55,849 nt of DNA from Candidatus Micrarchaeota archaeon (GCA_026414265.1 JAOAJI010000003.1:1-55849), one strand, 5' to 3'. Shown: positions 18,609 through 29,625, numbered from the stretch's first letter. Notes: a model not told the origin generated them from the sequence alone. Translations and numbers: made by a program.

Positions 18609-20456
18609 CTAATTAACAAATATTATAGTTGCAACCACAAAAGCCAAAACTGAAATGAAATAGGCTTGAGCAAAAGAAAAAAACAAGTAAATTATCGTGT
18701 TTTTTACGCTTTTTAGTTGCGTAAACATCGCTATTGAAGTAGGCAGACACGGATTATAGAAGAGTATAAATGCAATCAAAGCCAACTTTGCGTTAGTTGA
18801 ACTCAAGTCATGATTAATTTTTGCGCTCAATTCTTTTATCAGTACTTCAGAATTAGAATCAAAGTCTTCGTAAAACAATTGATTTGGTTGTAGATAGGTC
18901 ATTGCAAGAGAAGCTATGATTAATTCTTTTCCTACTATTCCGTTAACTATAGCCAACCCTAGTTGCCATGAGTTTATGCCCAATAATTTTAAAGGAGCTA
19001 TTACAACGTTACCGATAAGAGCGGCAAAAGAATTATCTAATGTGCCTGAAGGGAATTTAGAAAGCAGGTAAATTACGATTGCACCGAAGAACAAGATAGT
19101 GAAAAGCTTGGTTCCAAAGTGGCTCAAAGTAGGTCTGACATCGTTAACTACCAATGAAAGGTTAGGCACTCGTATTTGAGGCAATTCGACCAATATCCAA
19201 GAACTATGTGTAAGAACTTTTTTATAGAAAATAGCTCTAGCGAAAACTGATGCTATAACCATGGATACTATACTCAACAAATACATTATGAACATGACTG
19301 TTGTTACGCTTTGAGGAAACAGTAATTTTGCAAAGAAAAGCAATACTATATACCTTCCTGAACAAATTATTGAAGGTACACAAAAAACTGTCAAAAACTT
19401 ACTTATTTCATCTTTTATCATGTTGGTTGCAAGTATTCCTGGAACGTTGCAAGAAAAGCCTAATATCAAAGGCACTATAGACTTATCGTCGAGAGCCAGC
19501 GGTTTGAGCAGTTTATGGAATAGTAAAACTGGCCTAACCACATAACCAGAGTGCTCCAAAATCGTTATAAGAGTGATAATGATTATCATGGAAGGAAAGA
19601 GATAGAGTAAGGAACCTACGCCTATTATTATTACAGTGTATAAAAAACTGTGAATTATGATGTTAAATGAAAAAATTACTATAGTTTGTTTAAACAAATC
19701 AATCAGCTTATCAATAAGGATGGTGTTTAAAAAATCCGCTATTGTATTTGACAAAAAGAATATAGAATACATTACAGCAAAGAAAATAATGAATCCATAA
19801 ACAGGATGCAATAAAAAATAATCATAATCGGTTTTATTTGTTTGTTTTTTTGTAGTTTCTATCAATTCCACTAGCAGTTTATCATTTAACAAATCAAGGT
19901 TTTGCGATATTTGGAATAATGTTTGTTGATTTTCTGAACAAGCTTTTATGACATCATCTAAGAACGTATGAACGAATTCTTTATCCTTGTAATTCACTGC
20001 TAATGACTTGATTTGATGTGCTTCTTCAAGCCTTTTTTTGATTTCTTGAATAACTTGTTGATTACTAATATGATCAGTAAAAGAAAACGCGAGCACGAGA
20101 CTATTATGAGGTACATAGCCAAGTAGTTTATTTGTAAAATAAAGCGATCGTTTTAGTTTAGTTGAATCTATCACTTGGACAAAAACTACTTTGTTTGATT
20201 GCCCGTAATCTTTTAGTATGCTATCAATGAACTCTCTTATGTCTGAGTCACTAAAAGAGTCGATTCCAGGGGTATCGACTAATTCTATAGTAAAATTTTT
20301 GTGTTTGATAATCGTACTGATGTTTTCGTATGTTTTACCGAAATAGTTGCCTGTTTTCTGAAAAGAGTTAGAAATTTTATTGAAAAGCGTTGTTTTCCCT
20401 ACATTTGGAAGACCTAATAAGACTACTTTGATAACATTAGGTTTGGAATTTTGCAT
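18609..20456 (-). CDS. feoB: Ferrous iron transporter B
   Basis: G1 GLPNVGKT, G2 GNY.G.T, G3 DTPG; membrane domain LEHSGY, GFSCNVP, ELP..RVP, GIVGKE, YNPCL. Confidence 0.93.
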   Translation of the reverse strand: MQNSKPNVIKVVLLGLPNVGKTTLFNKISNSFQKTGNYFGKTYENISTIIKHKNFTIELVDTPGIDSFSDSDIREFIDSILKDYGQSNKVVFVQVIDSTKLKRSLYFTNKLLGYVPHNSLVLAFSFTDHISNQQVIQEIKKRLEEAHQIKSLAVNYKDKEFVHTFLDDVIKACSENQQTLFQISQNLDLLNDKLLVELIETTKKQTNKTDYDYFLLHPVYGFIIFFAVMYSIFFLSNTIADFLNTILIDKLIDLFKQTIVIFSFNIIIHSFLYTVIIIGVGSLLYLFPSMIIIITLITILEHSGYVVRPVLLFHKLLKPLALDDKSIVPLILGFSCNVPGILATNMIKDEISKFLTVFCVPSIICSGRYIVLLFFAKLLFPQSVTTVMFIMYLLSIVSMVIASVFARAIFYKKVLTHSSWILVELPQIRVPNLSLVVNDVRPTLSHFGTKLFTILFFGAIVIYLLSKFPSGTLDNSFAALIGNVVIAPLKLLGINSWQLGLAIVNGIVGKELIIASLAMTYLQPNQLFYEDFDSNSEVLIKELSAKINHDLSSTNAKLALIAFILFYNPCLPTSIAMFTQLKSVKNTIIYLFFSFAQAYFISVLAFVVATIIFVN

Positions 20457-20490
20457 TAAAGTTGTTATGTGGATTTGAATTGATAAACCT

Positions 20491-20808
20491 TTATTTTAGT
20501 AAATAATCAATTACTTTAATTCTTCTTGAAAGCTCTGAATCTATGGCATAATCAGAATCTAAGAAATTGATTACAATGAAATCCAAGACTTTCCTTTTTA
20601 CAAAAATTACTGAACCTTTAGCCAATCCAAATCTTTGGAGTTTTATTACTGTCGCGTTTTCTTTTTCATCTATTTCATGAATAACGTATCCTTTATTGAT
20701 TTTAGCTGCGCTAAGACTTATGATTTGACTGTTAATGTTATTTAGACCTGAATTCTGAACTATTTTTGCATCTGTTGAAGGCTCGGAGCTATTGGCATTG
20801 GCATCCAC
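20491..20808 (-). CDS. feoA: Ferrous iron transport protein A
   Basis: KLQRFGLAKG...YAID..L.RRIKV (SH3-like FeoA pattern), directly upstream of feoB. Confidence 0.8.
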   Translation of the reverse strand: MDANANSSEPSTDAKIVQNSGLNNINSQIISLSAAKINKGYVIHEIDEKENATVIKLQRFGLAKGSVIFVKRKVLDFIVINFLDSDYAIDSELSRRIKVIDYLLK

Positions 20809-20829
20809 TAAATATCACTTTGTTTAAAT

Positions 20830-21921
20830 TTAGTCTCCAAAAAGCTTTTTGTGCAATTCTTGAAGAACCTTTTTTTCAGATTCCTTTATGTTATCAGGGA
20901 ATTTAGGGTAAATTTCGACTACGTGGTCAGTAGAATTGAACAATGATTTTCGTATTCCATGGTTTTTTATAACTATCCTTTTTCCAGGCTTCGTGTTTGG
21001 AGGAATTTCTATTTGTGCTTTGCCCCAAAGCGTTTCTACAGTATGTTTACCGCCTATCATGAAAAGCGTAAATGGTACATATTCAACAGAATAGATGTTG
21101 TCTTCGATTCTTTTGAACTTTTTATGCTCACTGACAATAAATTCTATCAACAACTTTCCATAAGTATCTCGCTGAGACGAGTAATTCCCTTTTCCATTAA
21201 TCACCAAGTGCTGGTTATTCTCTACACCTGGAGGTATTTCTAGTTGAACAGACTCGTGTTTTGCAACTTTTCCTTTGCCGTTACAAGCTTTACATGCTTT
21301 CTCAGGTATTTGGCCACTGCCATTACATGTTTGACAAACAGAAGTTGAGCTCATCATGAAGAAGCCCATTCTTTTAGTCGTTTTGACATACCCTCTACCA
21401 TTGCAAGTCTGACAAGTGATTATTTTACTTCCTTTTTCTGCCCCACTACCGTTACAAGAATCGCATTTAACTAGTCTATTATACTCAATTACCTTTTTAC
21501 CACCTTTGATAGCTGTCTCGAAATCTAAATAGGCTTGAAGATATATGTCTATTTGTTCTTTTTTCCTTCGCTTTGAAGCAAAAGGAAAAAAGTCTTCGTC
21601 AAAAGCTGAGAAAGCAAAATCATCTATGTTAAAGCCCATTTCTTCAAATATTGAAGAAAAATCAAAGCCTCTGAATATGTCTTCATCAGTGTACTTCTGA
21701 TGGAAACTTGAATAACCCATGGTATCGTAAGCCTTTCTTTTTTCAGGATCGCTCAACACTGCATAAGCTTCGTTTATTTCTTTGAACTTTTGTTCTGCAT
21801 CAGGGCTTTTGTTTCTGTCAGGATGGTACTGCATTGCTAATTTTCTGTAGGCTTTTTTGATTTCGTCCATGGAAGCGTTCTTAGGCACGCCAAGAATCTC
21901 ATAATAGTCTTTGTCTGGCAT
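20830..21921 (-). CDS. dnaJ: Chaperone DnaJ
   Basis: [14 protein letters not shown]-rich region and four CxxCxGxG repeats. ATG at 21921. Confidence 0.97.
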   Translation of the reverse strand: MPDKDYYEILGVPKNASMDEIKKAYRKLAMQYHPDRNKSPDAEQKFKEINEAYAVLSDPEKRKAYDTMGYSSFHQKYTDEDIFRGFDFSSIFEEMGFNIDDFAFSAFDEDFFPFASKRRKKEQIDIYLQAYLDFETAIKGGKKVIEYNRLVKCDSCNGSGAEKGSKIITCQTCNGRGYVKTTKRMGFFMMSSTSVCQTCNGSGQIPEKACKACNGKGKVAKHESVQLEIPPGVENNQHLVINGKGNYSSQRDTYGKLLIEFIVSEHKKFKRIEDNIYSVEYVPFTLFMIGGKHTVETLWGKAQIEIPPNTKPGKRIVIKNHGIRKSLFNSTDHVVEIYPKFPDNIKESEKKVLQELHKKLFGD

Positions 21922-22021
21922 ATTAATCAATTTTTTTATTTAGTGATGATAGAATTTAGTATTACCATAAAAAACACATAAAAAACAAAAAAGATTTCAT
22001 AATTTAATACTACTCGATTTT

Positions 22022-23833
22022 TTATTTGCTATTGTCACTTGGCTTGCCATCTGAACCGTTATTATAGCTTCCCGTTCCTGGTCCTTGGCCTTGTTGATAG
22101 TACTTGCTACTTATTTCGCTCAATAGCCTCTTGAACTCTTCAAGTTTTGTTTGAATGGCATCTTTGTTATCAGATTTTATTGCAGCATTCAGTTCCTCTT
22201 TCTTAGTATTTATCTGTTTCTTCTCATCGTCTTTCAAAGGCAAGCTAGAAATAGCCTTTTCAGCAGAATAAATGAAAGCTTCCGCGTCGTTCTTTAGTTG
22301 AGCAAGCTCTAATCTTTCTTTGTCCTTTTGTGCGTATTGCTCTGCTTCTTTCCTGTGCTTCTCGATGTCGTCTTTGGACATTTTATGCGGAGCTGTTATT
22401 TTTATTTTTTGTTCTTTGTTAGTGGCCAAATCTTTTGCTGATACGTGAAGAATTCCATTTGAATCTATATCAAACGTGACTTCGATTTTAGGCACGCCTC
22501 TGGGTGCAGGAGGGATACCATCTAGTACAAAGCTGCCTAAGAAGATGTTGTCTCTAGCAATAGGCCTTTCCCCTTGATAAACCTTGATTTCTACAGATGT
22601 TTGGTAGTCTGCTGCAGTAGAGAATATTTCTTTTCTGGATACAGGAATTGTAGTGTTTCGTTCGATTAGTTTGGTAAACACTCCACCTAATGTTTCTATT
22701 CCTAAAGAAAGCGGAGTAACGTCCAGAAGCAACACGTCTTTTACTTCGCCTGCAAGGATACCTCCTTGTATTGCTGCACCAAAAGCTACTGCTTCCATAG
22801 GGTCTACCCCTCTCTCAACTTTCTTACCAAGCATTTGTTCAACGAACCTCTGGACTATAGGCATTCTTGTAGGTCCTCCAATCAGGATAACTCTTGAAAT
22901 GTCAGATGGCTTGACTTTGGCATCCTCTAGCGCTCTTAACACAGGGCCTCTGCATCTTTCAACAATAGGGCCCACTAGTTCTTCTAGCTTTGCCCTTGTC
23001 ATTCTATAAACAAAATTCACGGGCTGTTTGTTTTCATCGATAGCAATAAAAGGCACGTTTATGTCAGTTTCAGTCAGTGTAGATAGCTCTATTTTCGCTC
23101 TTTCTGCTGCTTCTCTTAGACGTTCGATTGCCTGTCTGTCATGCTCAATTGAAACTCCTCTTTGGTTTTTGAGCTCCTTTATCAAGAACTCTAAGATTGC
23201 CTGGTCCATGTCCCTTCCTCCTAGTTGCGTGTCTCCAGAAGTTGCTTTGACCTCGAAAACACCTTGACCGAATTCCATTACAGTTACATCAAGTGTACCT
23301 CCTCCTAAATCGAACACGACTATTTTTTCTTCTCTGTCGCTTTTATCTATACCATAGGCTAGAGCTGCTGCAGTTGGCTCATTAATTATTCTTACCACCT
23401 CTAGGCCTGCTATTTCTCCAGCATCTTTTGTTGCCTGTCTCTGGTTATCATCAAAGTACGCAGGTACAGTAATCACTGCCTTTTTGACTTCTTGACCCAA
23501 AAATGCTTCTGCGTCCCTTTTGATCTTCTGTAGAATGAACGCAGACAATTGCTGAGGCGTGAACTCTTTTCCTCCTAATGTATACTTGTAGTTTGTGCCC
23601 ATCTTCCTCTTAAAGCCAGAGACTGTATTGTTAGGGTTACTTATTGCTTGTCGTTTTGCAGGCTCACCCACAAGTAGCTCACCTTTTTCTGTTATAGCCA
23701 CATAAGAAGGAAATGCCTTGCCATACAGACTCATTCCTTCTGCGCTTGGAATTAGCACAGGTCTACCAGCTTCGATTACAGCTGCTGCTGAATTACTTGT
23801 ACCTAAATCGATTCCTATGATCTTTTCAGCCAT
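22022..23833 (-). CDS. dnaK: Chaperone DnaK (Hsp70)
   Basis: [47 protein letters not shown]. Lacks the subdomain-IB insert (archaeal/monoderm type). SD GGTGA. Confidence 0.99.
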   Translation of the reverse strand: MAEKIIGIDLGTSNSAAAVIEAGRPVLIPSAEGMSLYGKAFPSYVAITEKGELLVGEPAKRQAISNPNNTVSGFKRKMGTNYKYTLGGKEFTPQQLSAFILQKIKRDAEAFLGQEVKKAVITVPAYFDDNQRQATKDAGEIAGLEVVRIINEPTAAALAYGIDKSDREEKIVVFDLGGGTLDVTVMEFGQGVFEVKATSGDTQLGGRDMDQAILEFLIKELKNQRGVSIEHDRQAIERLREAAERAKIELSTLTETDINVPFIAIDENKQPVNFVYRMTRAKLEELVGPIVERCRGPVLRALEDAKVKPSDISRVILIGGPTRMPIVQRFVEQMLGKKVERGVDPMEAVAFGAAIQGGILAGEVKDVLLLDVTPLSLGIETLGGVFTKLIERNTTIPVSRKEIFSTAADYQTSVEIKVYQGERPIARDNIFLGSFVLDGIPPAPRGVPKIEVTFDIDSNGILHVSAKDLATNKEQKIKITAPHKMSKDDIEKHRKEAEQYAQKDKERLELAQLKNDAEAFIYSAEKAISSLPLKDDEKKQINTKKEELNAAIKSDNKDAIQTKLEEFKRLLSEISSKYYQQGQGPGTGSYNNGSDGKPSDNSK

Positions 23834-24431
23834 TTACATCACCTTTTTGATTGTTTTGATTCTGGTTAACATTATTAGAGTTTTTATCATCATTGTTTTG
23901 ATGATTAAACTTAAACACAACAACAGTTGAAAATCTGATTATTTTGTTTTCAGTTCTGTAGCCCTTTTTAACAACTTCTGCGATTTTATTGTCTTTATTT
24001 AGGTCATTAGTAGGCATAATCGCCAATACATCGTAAAGATTGTGGTCGAATTCTATTTCTTCTAATGAATTTTCCTCAGGGTATTGATAAATTCCGTTCT
24101 TTTTCAAGATGGAAAGCAATTGTTCGTACAAAGGGTTTATAAGTTCATGGTTACTTTTTCTCGCAGATTCAATAGAATCTATGAAAGGCAAAATCTCATT
24201 AAAGAATTCTAGTTTACCGAGTTCTTTGGAAGTTAGTAGTTCCTTTTGTGTTCTTTTTTTAAGATTATCATAATCTGCTAGTGCTCTCATGTATTTTTCT
24301 TTCAGTTCATTTATTTGGTTGGATAACTCTTGAATTTGAGCTTCGTAGTCATTTTTTTCAGTTTGTTCTGCAAATCTTTCATGAGTCTTTGAATCTTCAT
24401 TAGCTTTATTCTCTTGCTTGTTTGTTTTCAC
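23826..24431 (-). CDS. grpE: Nucleotide exchange factor GrpE
   Basis: [25 protein letters not shown]...IIR.STVVV. GTG start after GGTGA. Confidence 0.95.
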   Translation of the reverse strand: MKTNKQENKANEDSKTHERFAEQTEKNDYEAQIQELSNQINELKEKYMRALADYDNLKKRTQKELLTSKELGKLEFFNEILPFIDSIESARKSNHELINPLYEQLLSILKKNGIYQYPEENSLEEIEFDHNLYDVLAIMPTNDLNKDNKIAEVVKKGYRTENKIIRFSTVVVFKFNHQNNDDKNSNNVNQNQNNQKGDVNG

Positions 24432-24459
24432 GATATCACCAATTAATTTTGATTAGTTC

Positions 24460-24840
24460 TCAGAGCTCTTCGAGCTCTTTGATGAGCTTTTCTAGCATCT
24501 GCAACCTCTTTTGCATCATTTGCTTGTAGAACTTATAGAACTCTTCTAGGTCGTTGAGCTCGTAAAAGTTGTTTCTTTTGACGATTAAGCCAGCTATTTG
24601 CAGCTTTCTTATGTGATGTATACACGTAACTCTGTTTATTCCTGTCTTCTGAGATAGTTCAGTTGTTCCAAAAGGCTTTTTTTCTTTTGCAATTGCTGAA
24701 AGTAATTGTATTAGAGTTTTTTCTGTATCTCTGCCTGTCAAAAGATCAAGATTTATACAGAGTTGTTCAATGGTATTTCTGATATGAGTGTCGTCAGACA
24801 TTGGATTTGTCAATTCCTTAGCACTCTTGTGCTTAGGCAT
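24460..24840 (-). CDS. Winged-helix transcriptional regulator heading the grpE-dnaK-dnaJ operon
   Basis: HTH TTELSQKTGINRVTCIHHIRKLQIAGLIVKR..FYEL followed by a coiled dimerisation tail. Confidence 0.85.
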   Translation of the reverse strand: MPKHKSAKELTNPMSDDTHIRNTIEQLCINLDLLTGRDTEKTLIQLLSAIAKEKKPFGTTELSQKTGINRVTCIHHIRKLQIAGLIVKRNNFYELNDLEEFYKFYKQMMQKRLQMLEKLIKELEEL

Positions 24841-24864
24841 AATTAGATTAATTGTAAAAACAAG

Positions 24865-24908
24865 TATATAAATGTTTGCTTTTTTTCTACAGTAGAAAAG
24901 ATTTCTAC
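24865..24908 (-). promoter_or_regulatory. TATA box plus upstream inverted-repeat operator of the chaperone operon
   Basis: TTTATATA on - (24872-24865) about 25 nt before the ATG, implying a leaderless transcript. Perfect IR TTTTCTAC-a-GTAGAAAA at 24883-24899 and a third half-site TTTCTAC at 24902-24908. Confidence 0.6.
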
Positions 24909-25004
24909 ACAGTTATAATTTCATTTCATAAATCTTGAGTCTCGAATTAAAACATTTTTTGCTGATTAAGGATGAAGAGTGGCTATTTTAATTGTTTTAG
25001 TTGT

Positions 25005-25427
25005 TTATTCAACTCTAATTTCAAACGACTTTTTGAATTGTCGTAAGATTTGATTGAAGTCTTTGTCATGGACGTTAGCAACCAATTCAACTTTGTAGTT
25101 TCCTTTTGGAGTGTTGACAGTAGAGAATATTTCTATCTCGAAGTCCTTTTTTTCATTGTTGTTCATTTCTCCAATACGTATAACTTTCTTTTTGTTGATG
25201 TTAGTCGAATCAAAAGACAACCCTGTTTGCAAGTTTATTTCAAAAGAGATTAGGGCAGGCATTTCTCCAGTATAAGTTAAAGTTGCATTTAGCCTCAGCT
25301 TTTCGTTTGAATAAGCTTTGAGTCTTAGAGGAGAGATGGAATAAGTTATTCCTACGAAAGGATTTTTGAGTTGTTTTTGGTCTTTTTTAGATGAAAATAT
25401 AGAAAACATTTTGTCAAATACAGCCAT
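25005..25427 (-). CDS. Hypothetical small beta-sandwich (Ig/CARDB-like) protein
   Basis: IGEMNNNEKKDFEIEI...TPKGNYKVEL pattern, amphipathic N-terminus MAVFDKMFSIF, SD GAGGTTGA. Confidence 0.75.
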   Translation of the reverse strand: MAVFDKMFSIFSSKKDQKQLKNPFVGITYSISPLRLKAYSNEKLRLNATLTYTGEMPALISFEINLQTGLSFDSTNINKKKVIRIGEMNNNEKKDFEIEIFSTVNTPKGNYKVELVANVHDKDFNQILRQFKKSFEIRVE

Positions 25428-25533
25428 TTCATCAACCTCATAGCATAGTTAGGTTATTTCAGATGTTACTTTAATAAAAAGAAAATTTAAAATGATAACA
25501 TTTAAAGCAAGAAATTACAAATAGATTATAGCT

Positions 25534-27231
25534 ATGGGATTAGACACTATAACTGAATTCGATTCTATTACTGATGCAAAGTCTTATTTTAACAAAGGGA
25601 ATATCCATTACGAGAAAGGCGAGTACAAGAAAGCTATTGAGCAGTATACGAAAGCCATTGTTTTGAACAGACTATATAGCGAAGCATATTTCAACAGAGC
25701 ACTTTGCTATTACAACTTGAAAGACTATGATTCAGCCATAGAAGACTACACGAAAGCGCTTGAACTAGATCCAAATAACCCCATACTTTATAATAACAGA
25801 GGAGATGCTTTTTACTTAAAGGAAGATTACAAAAAAGCAATAGAAGATTATTCAAAGGCATTGACTTTGAACAACAAATACATGAAGGCATACTATAATA
25901 GGGGATTGGCGCATGCATGTATTGAAGAGTATGAAAAAGCCATAGAGGATTTCTCTAATGCAATAGACTTGGCGCCTAGTTTTGCACAGTCATATCACTT
26001 AAGAGGAATGTGCTATGAATATTTAAAGCAGTACGAAAAAGCAAAAGAAGATTTCACAAAAGCGTTAGAGCTTAATCCAGACTTTGAAGAAGCGAAGGAA
26101 AGGCTTCAAACAGTAGAAAATGCTTTACAAAACCCTGATGCATTAACCTCTTCAGGAGGGACTGAAGGCCAGAACCAAGGCATAAATGCAATAAAGTTCT
26201 TGAAAAAGCCGAACATGACTTTCAATGACGTTGCAGGGATGGACAAGCTAAAAGAAGAAATAAGAGAAGCTATAGTTTATCCTTTGTTGAAGCCTGATTT
26301 GGCTAGAGCGTATGGTAAGAAGGCAGGAGGAGGAATTTTACTATATGGTCCTCCTGGATGCGGTAAAACGTTCATAGTAAAAGGTGCTGCAGGGGAATGT
26401 AATGCCAATTTCATAAACGCTAAAATTTCAGACTTACTTGACATGTACGTAGGAAACACAGAAAAAAATATCCATAATTTGTTTGATACTGCAAGGAAAA
26501 ATGCTCCTTGTATAGTGTTCATTGACGAAATTGAGGGTATTGGAGGCAGAAGAGAAGAGTTAGGCGGTCAGCAACAATACTTGAAAATGGCAATAAACCA
26601 ATTACTGTACGAAATGGACGGTTTAGAAGCAAACAATGAAAATGTATTGACGATCGCAGCCACCAACGCACCTTGGGATGTTGATCCTGCACTCAGAAGA
26701 TCAGGTAGATTCTCCAAGCTGATTTATGTACCTGAACCTGACTTCAAGTCGAGAATACAGATCTTGCAGATGCATTGCAAAGGTAGACCTATTGAAACGA
26801 AAAACCCTTTAACAAGAGTAGATTTCAACAGATTAGCTATTTGTACTTTAGGCTATTCTTCTTCTGACCTGAAGACAATAGTAGAAGATGCGGCTTCCAT
26901 ACCTTGGAAGGAAGCCTTCAAGACAGGTAGGATGCGAACTATCCAGATGAAGGACTTCATCCAAGCGATAAAGAAAAGAAAGAGTTCTTTGCCTCCTTGG
27001 TATCAACAGGCTAAAAAGCAGATAGGCAAGCAAGAAGAAATTTCTTACATAGACGGTAAAGAACATAAAACAGTGAAAGAATCTAAAATGGGTCCAGCTG
27101 AAAGAGAAGTTTTCCAAGACTTGATAAAGGTAATAGAAAGAAACAACAAATGGTACTATAAATGGGCAAAGGAAGGCTTTAGACAATTTTTCTTATACTT
27201 TCCTATTGCTCCTCCGTGGTGCCCTTGGTAA
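25534..27231 (+). CDS. TPR-repeat AAA+ ATPase
   Basis: Five TPRs, then F.DVAG, Walker A GPPGCGKT, pore loop MYVG, Walker B FIDE, SRH ATNAPWDVDPALRRSGRF, and an aromatic C-terminal tail. Confidence 0.93.
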   Translation: MGLDTITEFDSITDAKSYFNKGNIHYEKGEYKKAIEQYTKAIVLNRLYSEAYFNRALCYYNLKDYDSAIEDYTKALELDPNNPILYNNRGDAFYLKEDYKKAIEDYSKALTLNNKYMKAYYNRGLAHACIEEYEKAIEDFSNAIDLAPSFAQSYHLRGMCYEYLKQYEKAKEDFTKALELNPDFEEAKERLQTVENALQNPDALTSSGGTEGQNQGINAIKFLKKPNMTFNDVAGMDKLKEEIREAIVYPLLKPDLARAYGKKAGGGILLYGPPGCGKTFIVKGAAGECNANFINAKISDLLDMYVGNTEKNIHNLFDTARKNAPCIVFIDEIEGIGGRREELGGQQQYLKMAINQLLYEMDGLEANNENVLTIAATNAPWDVDPALRRSGRFSKLIYVPEPDFKSRIQILQMHCKGRPIETKNPLTRVDFNRLAICTLGYSSSDLKTIVEDAASIPWKEAFKTGRMRTIQMKDFIQAIKKRKSSLPPWYQQAKKQIGKQEEISYIDGKEHKTVKESKMGPAEREVFQDLIKVIERNNKWYYKWAKEGFRQFFLYFPIAPPWCPW

Positions 27232-27257
27232 AAGTGCTTGTAATACTTTGAATTACA

Positions 27258-28523
27258 ATGTTTAACGTTATTCAAAAAATAAGAAAAGCTTTTATGCTTA
27301 GTTTTAGAAAGAAAATTGTGGAAAAAAAAGAGAAAAAAATTAACTTTGTTCTGATGATTTATTTCCTAATTCTACTTTTAGGGCTATTTCAACTGAGGCC
27401 TATGAACATTTTAGGCAACATAGAACCTAAATTGATGAGCTATGAAGAGATACAAGAAATTGCAAACACGTTGGTATTAGGAGGTATATTCTTTGTACCT
27501 ATTCTATCTGGCTTAGCTGCAAGTTCACTGATTTTAGCCATTTACGAGTTTTTAAAGGACAAAAGAGGTCAAGATTTACTTAAATTTTTCATCCCAAAAG
27601 AAAAAATCCATAAGATAAATGATTTAGGTTCATTTATTACTTCTCTTTTATCAACTGTTGAAGTTCAGGCATTCATGATTTTTTTGGTAGGCTTTACGCT
27701 TTTCAGGATATTTATAAGTTTGTCGATGGCGCACGGAGAAACTGTTATAGGCATTCTATATTTGTTTGCAATCCCTATTTCTTTCGCCTTGCCTCTGATT
27801 TTAGCTGCTATTTCGATTTATTTCCTGAAGTCAAAAATAGACATAAACATATTTCTTTTTTGTTTTGTTTATGGACTGTTCATAGCAATGATTGTTTTAT
27901 TTTTGAATGAACAGCTCTTGTCAGGAGTAAGTGATTTCTTTGGCATGTTTAAATCCCTTATTTTTAGTCCTGTTATGGAAGAGTTTTTGAAAGGACTGTT
28001 GATAATAGTTTTAGCGACCAGAAAAGATTTTGTTAGCATAAAAGATTTTGCTTTGGCAGCAATTCTCATAGGTTTAGGGTTTGCCGCTTTTGAAAACTTC
28101 TTATACTTTGTTGCAAAAGTTTCTCCATACATATATGGCATGAGTTATTGGACGAGCCTGATAATCTACAGGTCAGTGTTCAACTTACTGGCACATGGTT
28201 TGTTCACTTTCAGTTTGGGCTTTTTTATTTACTTATACAAGCAAGGTCATTTTGAATTGCATTCTGCACTTCCATTAGGACTATTTTTTGCCTTTTTAAC
28301 ACACAGCATGTTTAATTTTTCAGCTATTGTTGACGTAGTAAGTATTAAAGAATTCAAATTTCCTTTTATCATATTCAATCCTTTTATAGTAGTAGTCATG
28401 TTTATAGGTTTCACTTATTTCGTTATACATTTCAATAACGAGGAGTTACAAAATTCTAAACAAACTCCGACAAAGAAGAATACCCGTACCAAGAAATTAA
28501 CAAATAAAAAAACACGAATATAA
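27258..28523 (+). CDS. PrsW-family intramembrane protease
   Basis: PVMEEFLKG, GLGFAAFENFLY, R....LAHG, HSMFN, plus extra N-terminal TM helices. Confidence 0.88.
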   Translation: MFNVIQKIRKAFMLSFRKKIVEKKEKKINFVLMIYFLILLLGLFQLRPMNILGNIEPKLMSYEEIQEIANTLVLGGIFFVPILSGLAASSLILAIYEFLKDKRGQDLLKFFIPKEKIHKINDLGSFITSLLSTVEVQAFMIFLVGFTLFRIFISLSMAHGETVIGILYLFAIPISFALPLILAAISIYFLKSKIDINIFLFCFVYGLFIAMIVLFLNEQLLSGVSDFFGMFKSLIFSPVMEEFLKGLLIIVLATRKDFVSIKDFALAAILIGLGFAAFENFLYFVAKVSPYIYGMSYWTSLIIYRSVFNLLAHGLFTFSLGFFIYLYKQGHFELHSALPLGLFFAFLTHSMFNFSAIVDVVSIKEFKFPFIIFNPFIVVVMFIGFTYFVIHFNNEELQNSKQTPTKKNTRTKKLTNKKTRI

Positions 28524-28592
28524 GATAATACGTATGATGACTCACAAGCAAACTCAATACACTTAATAAACTATAAACTTAAATTGATTAAC

Positions 28593-29543
28593 ATGTCTAA
28601 AATTAAAAACTCTGGCAATTTAAATGACGACAAACTAAGTGTAGTTTTGAGCAAAGATCTGTGTTTAAAAAACCCGTGCATACTCGCTTCTGGGATAAAC
28701 GATATCTCTGTCTCTTTGCTCAAAGAGGCAGAAAAGAAAGGAGTTGGTTGCGTAACCACCAAATCCTGTAATTTGAATGGCAGAATAGGATACAAGAATC
28801 CTACTATGGCCTGCAGAGGCAAATACTTTCTGAATGCGATTGGCTTGTCTAATCCTGGAGCAGAGAAAGAAGCAGAAAAGATACGAAAAGCCAAGAAAGA
28901 ACTAACAATACCCATTATCGCAAGCGTTTTTGGAGAAAGCGACTCAGAGCTCAAAAAAGTTGTTGAGGTAATTACATCTGCGGAACCAAATGCTATAGAA
29001 GTAGACTTGTCTTGTCCTCACGCAGGTAACATAAATTTGTTTGAGGACCTAGAAGCATTATCAAGTTCGTTAGATGCTGTTGTTACTGCAACTGACTTAC
29101 CTGTGTTTGCAAAAGTTTCGCCTGCAATGACGATAAAAAGATTGCACAAGGTAGTAAAACTTATCGAGGAAAAAAAGTTTACTGGGATAACAGCTATTAA
29201 TACCATGCCTGCGATGTTGATAGACATAGAGGCAAGAGCACCTATTCTGTCTAACAGAGTTGGTGGCTTGAGCGGTTACTGCCTAAAGCCTATAGCTTTA
29301 AGGTACGTTTACGAGATAAGGAGGATAAGCAAATTGAAGATTATAGGAACAGGAGGCATTTTCGATTACAAGGATGCTGTAGAAATGTTGTTGGCAGGAG
29401 CAGACGCGATAGGCATAGGTACTGCTACTTACCAAGGCTTTGAAGTTTTCGGAAAAATAAACAAAGGGATTTTAAATTACATGAAGAAAAAAAGTTTGAC
29501 TAATATCAGTCAAATCAAGTTAGATAGCAAGTGGTTTGTTTAG
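28593..29543 (+). CDS. pyrD: Dihydroorotate dehydrogenase family 1, catalytic subunit
   Basis: KNP.ILASG, TTKS, NAIGLSNPG, LSCPH, AKVSP, INT, GGLSG..LKP, IGTGGI, GADAIGIGTA. Confidence 0.95.
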   Translation: MSKIKNSGNLNDDKLSVVLSKDLCLKNPCILASGINDISVSLLKEAEKKGVGCVTTKSCNLNGRIGYKNPTMACRGKYFLNAIGLSNPGAEKEAEKIRKAKKELTIPIIASVFGESDSELKKVVEVITSAEPNAIEVDLSCPHAGNINLFEDLEALSSSLDAVVTATDLPVFAKVSPAMTIKRLHKVVKLIEEKKFTGITAINTMPAMLIDIEARAPILSNRVGGLSGYCLKPIALRYVYEIRRISKLKIIGTGGIFDYKDAVEMLLAGADAIGIGTATYQGFEVFGKINKGILNYMKKKSLTNISQIKLDSKWFV

Positions 29544-29625
29544 AATTCCAAAGATACGATTGTGGTATTTTCACTATAAACAACACAACATAATAAATTA
29601 TAAACTATAGTTCAGAAAGATATTT

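Noticed and set aside
24883-24908. Eukaryotic heat-shock element (nGAAn arrays)
   Set aside because: The TTC/GAA spacing here is 7 and 5 nt, not the 2 nt of canonical HSEs; kept only as a candidate archaeal operator.
25534-27231. Vps4/CdvC of an ESCRT division system
   Set aside because: The N-terminus is TPR rather than MIT, and no ESCRT-III/CdvB-like gene is recognisable nearby.
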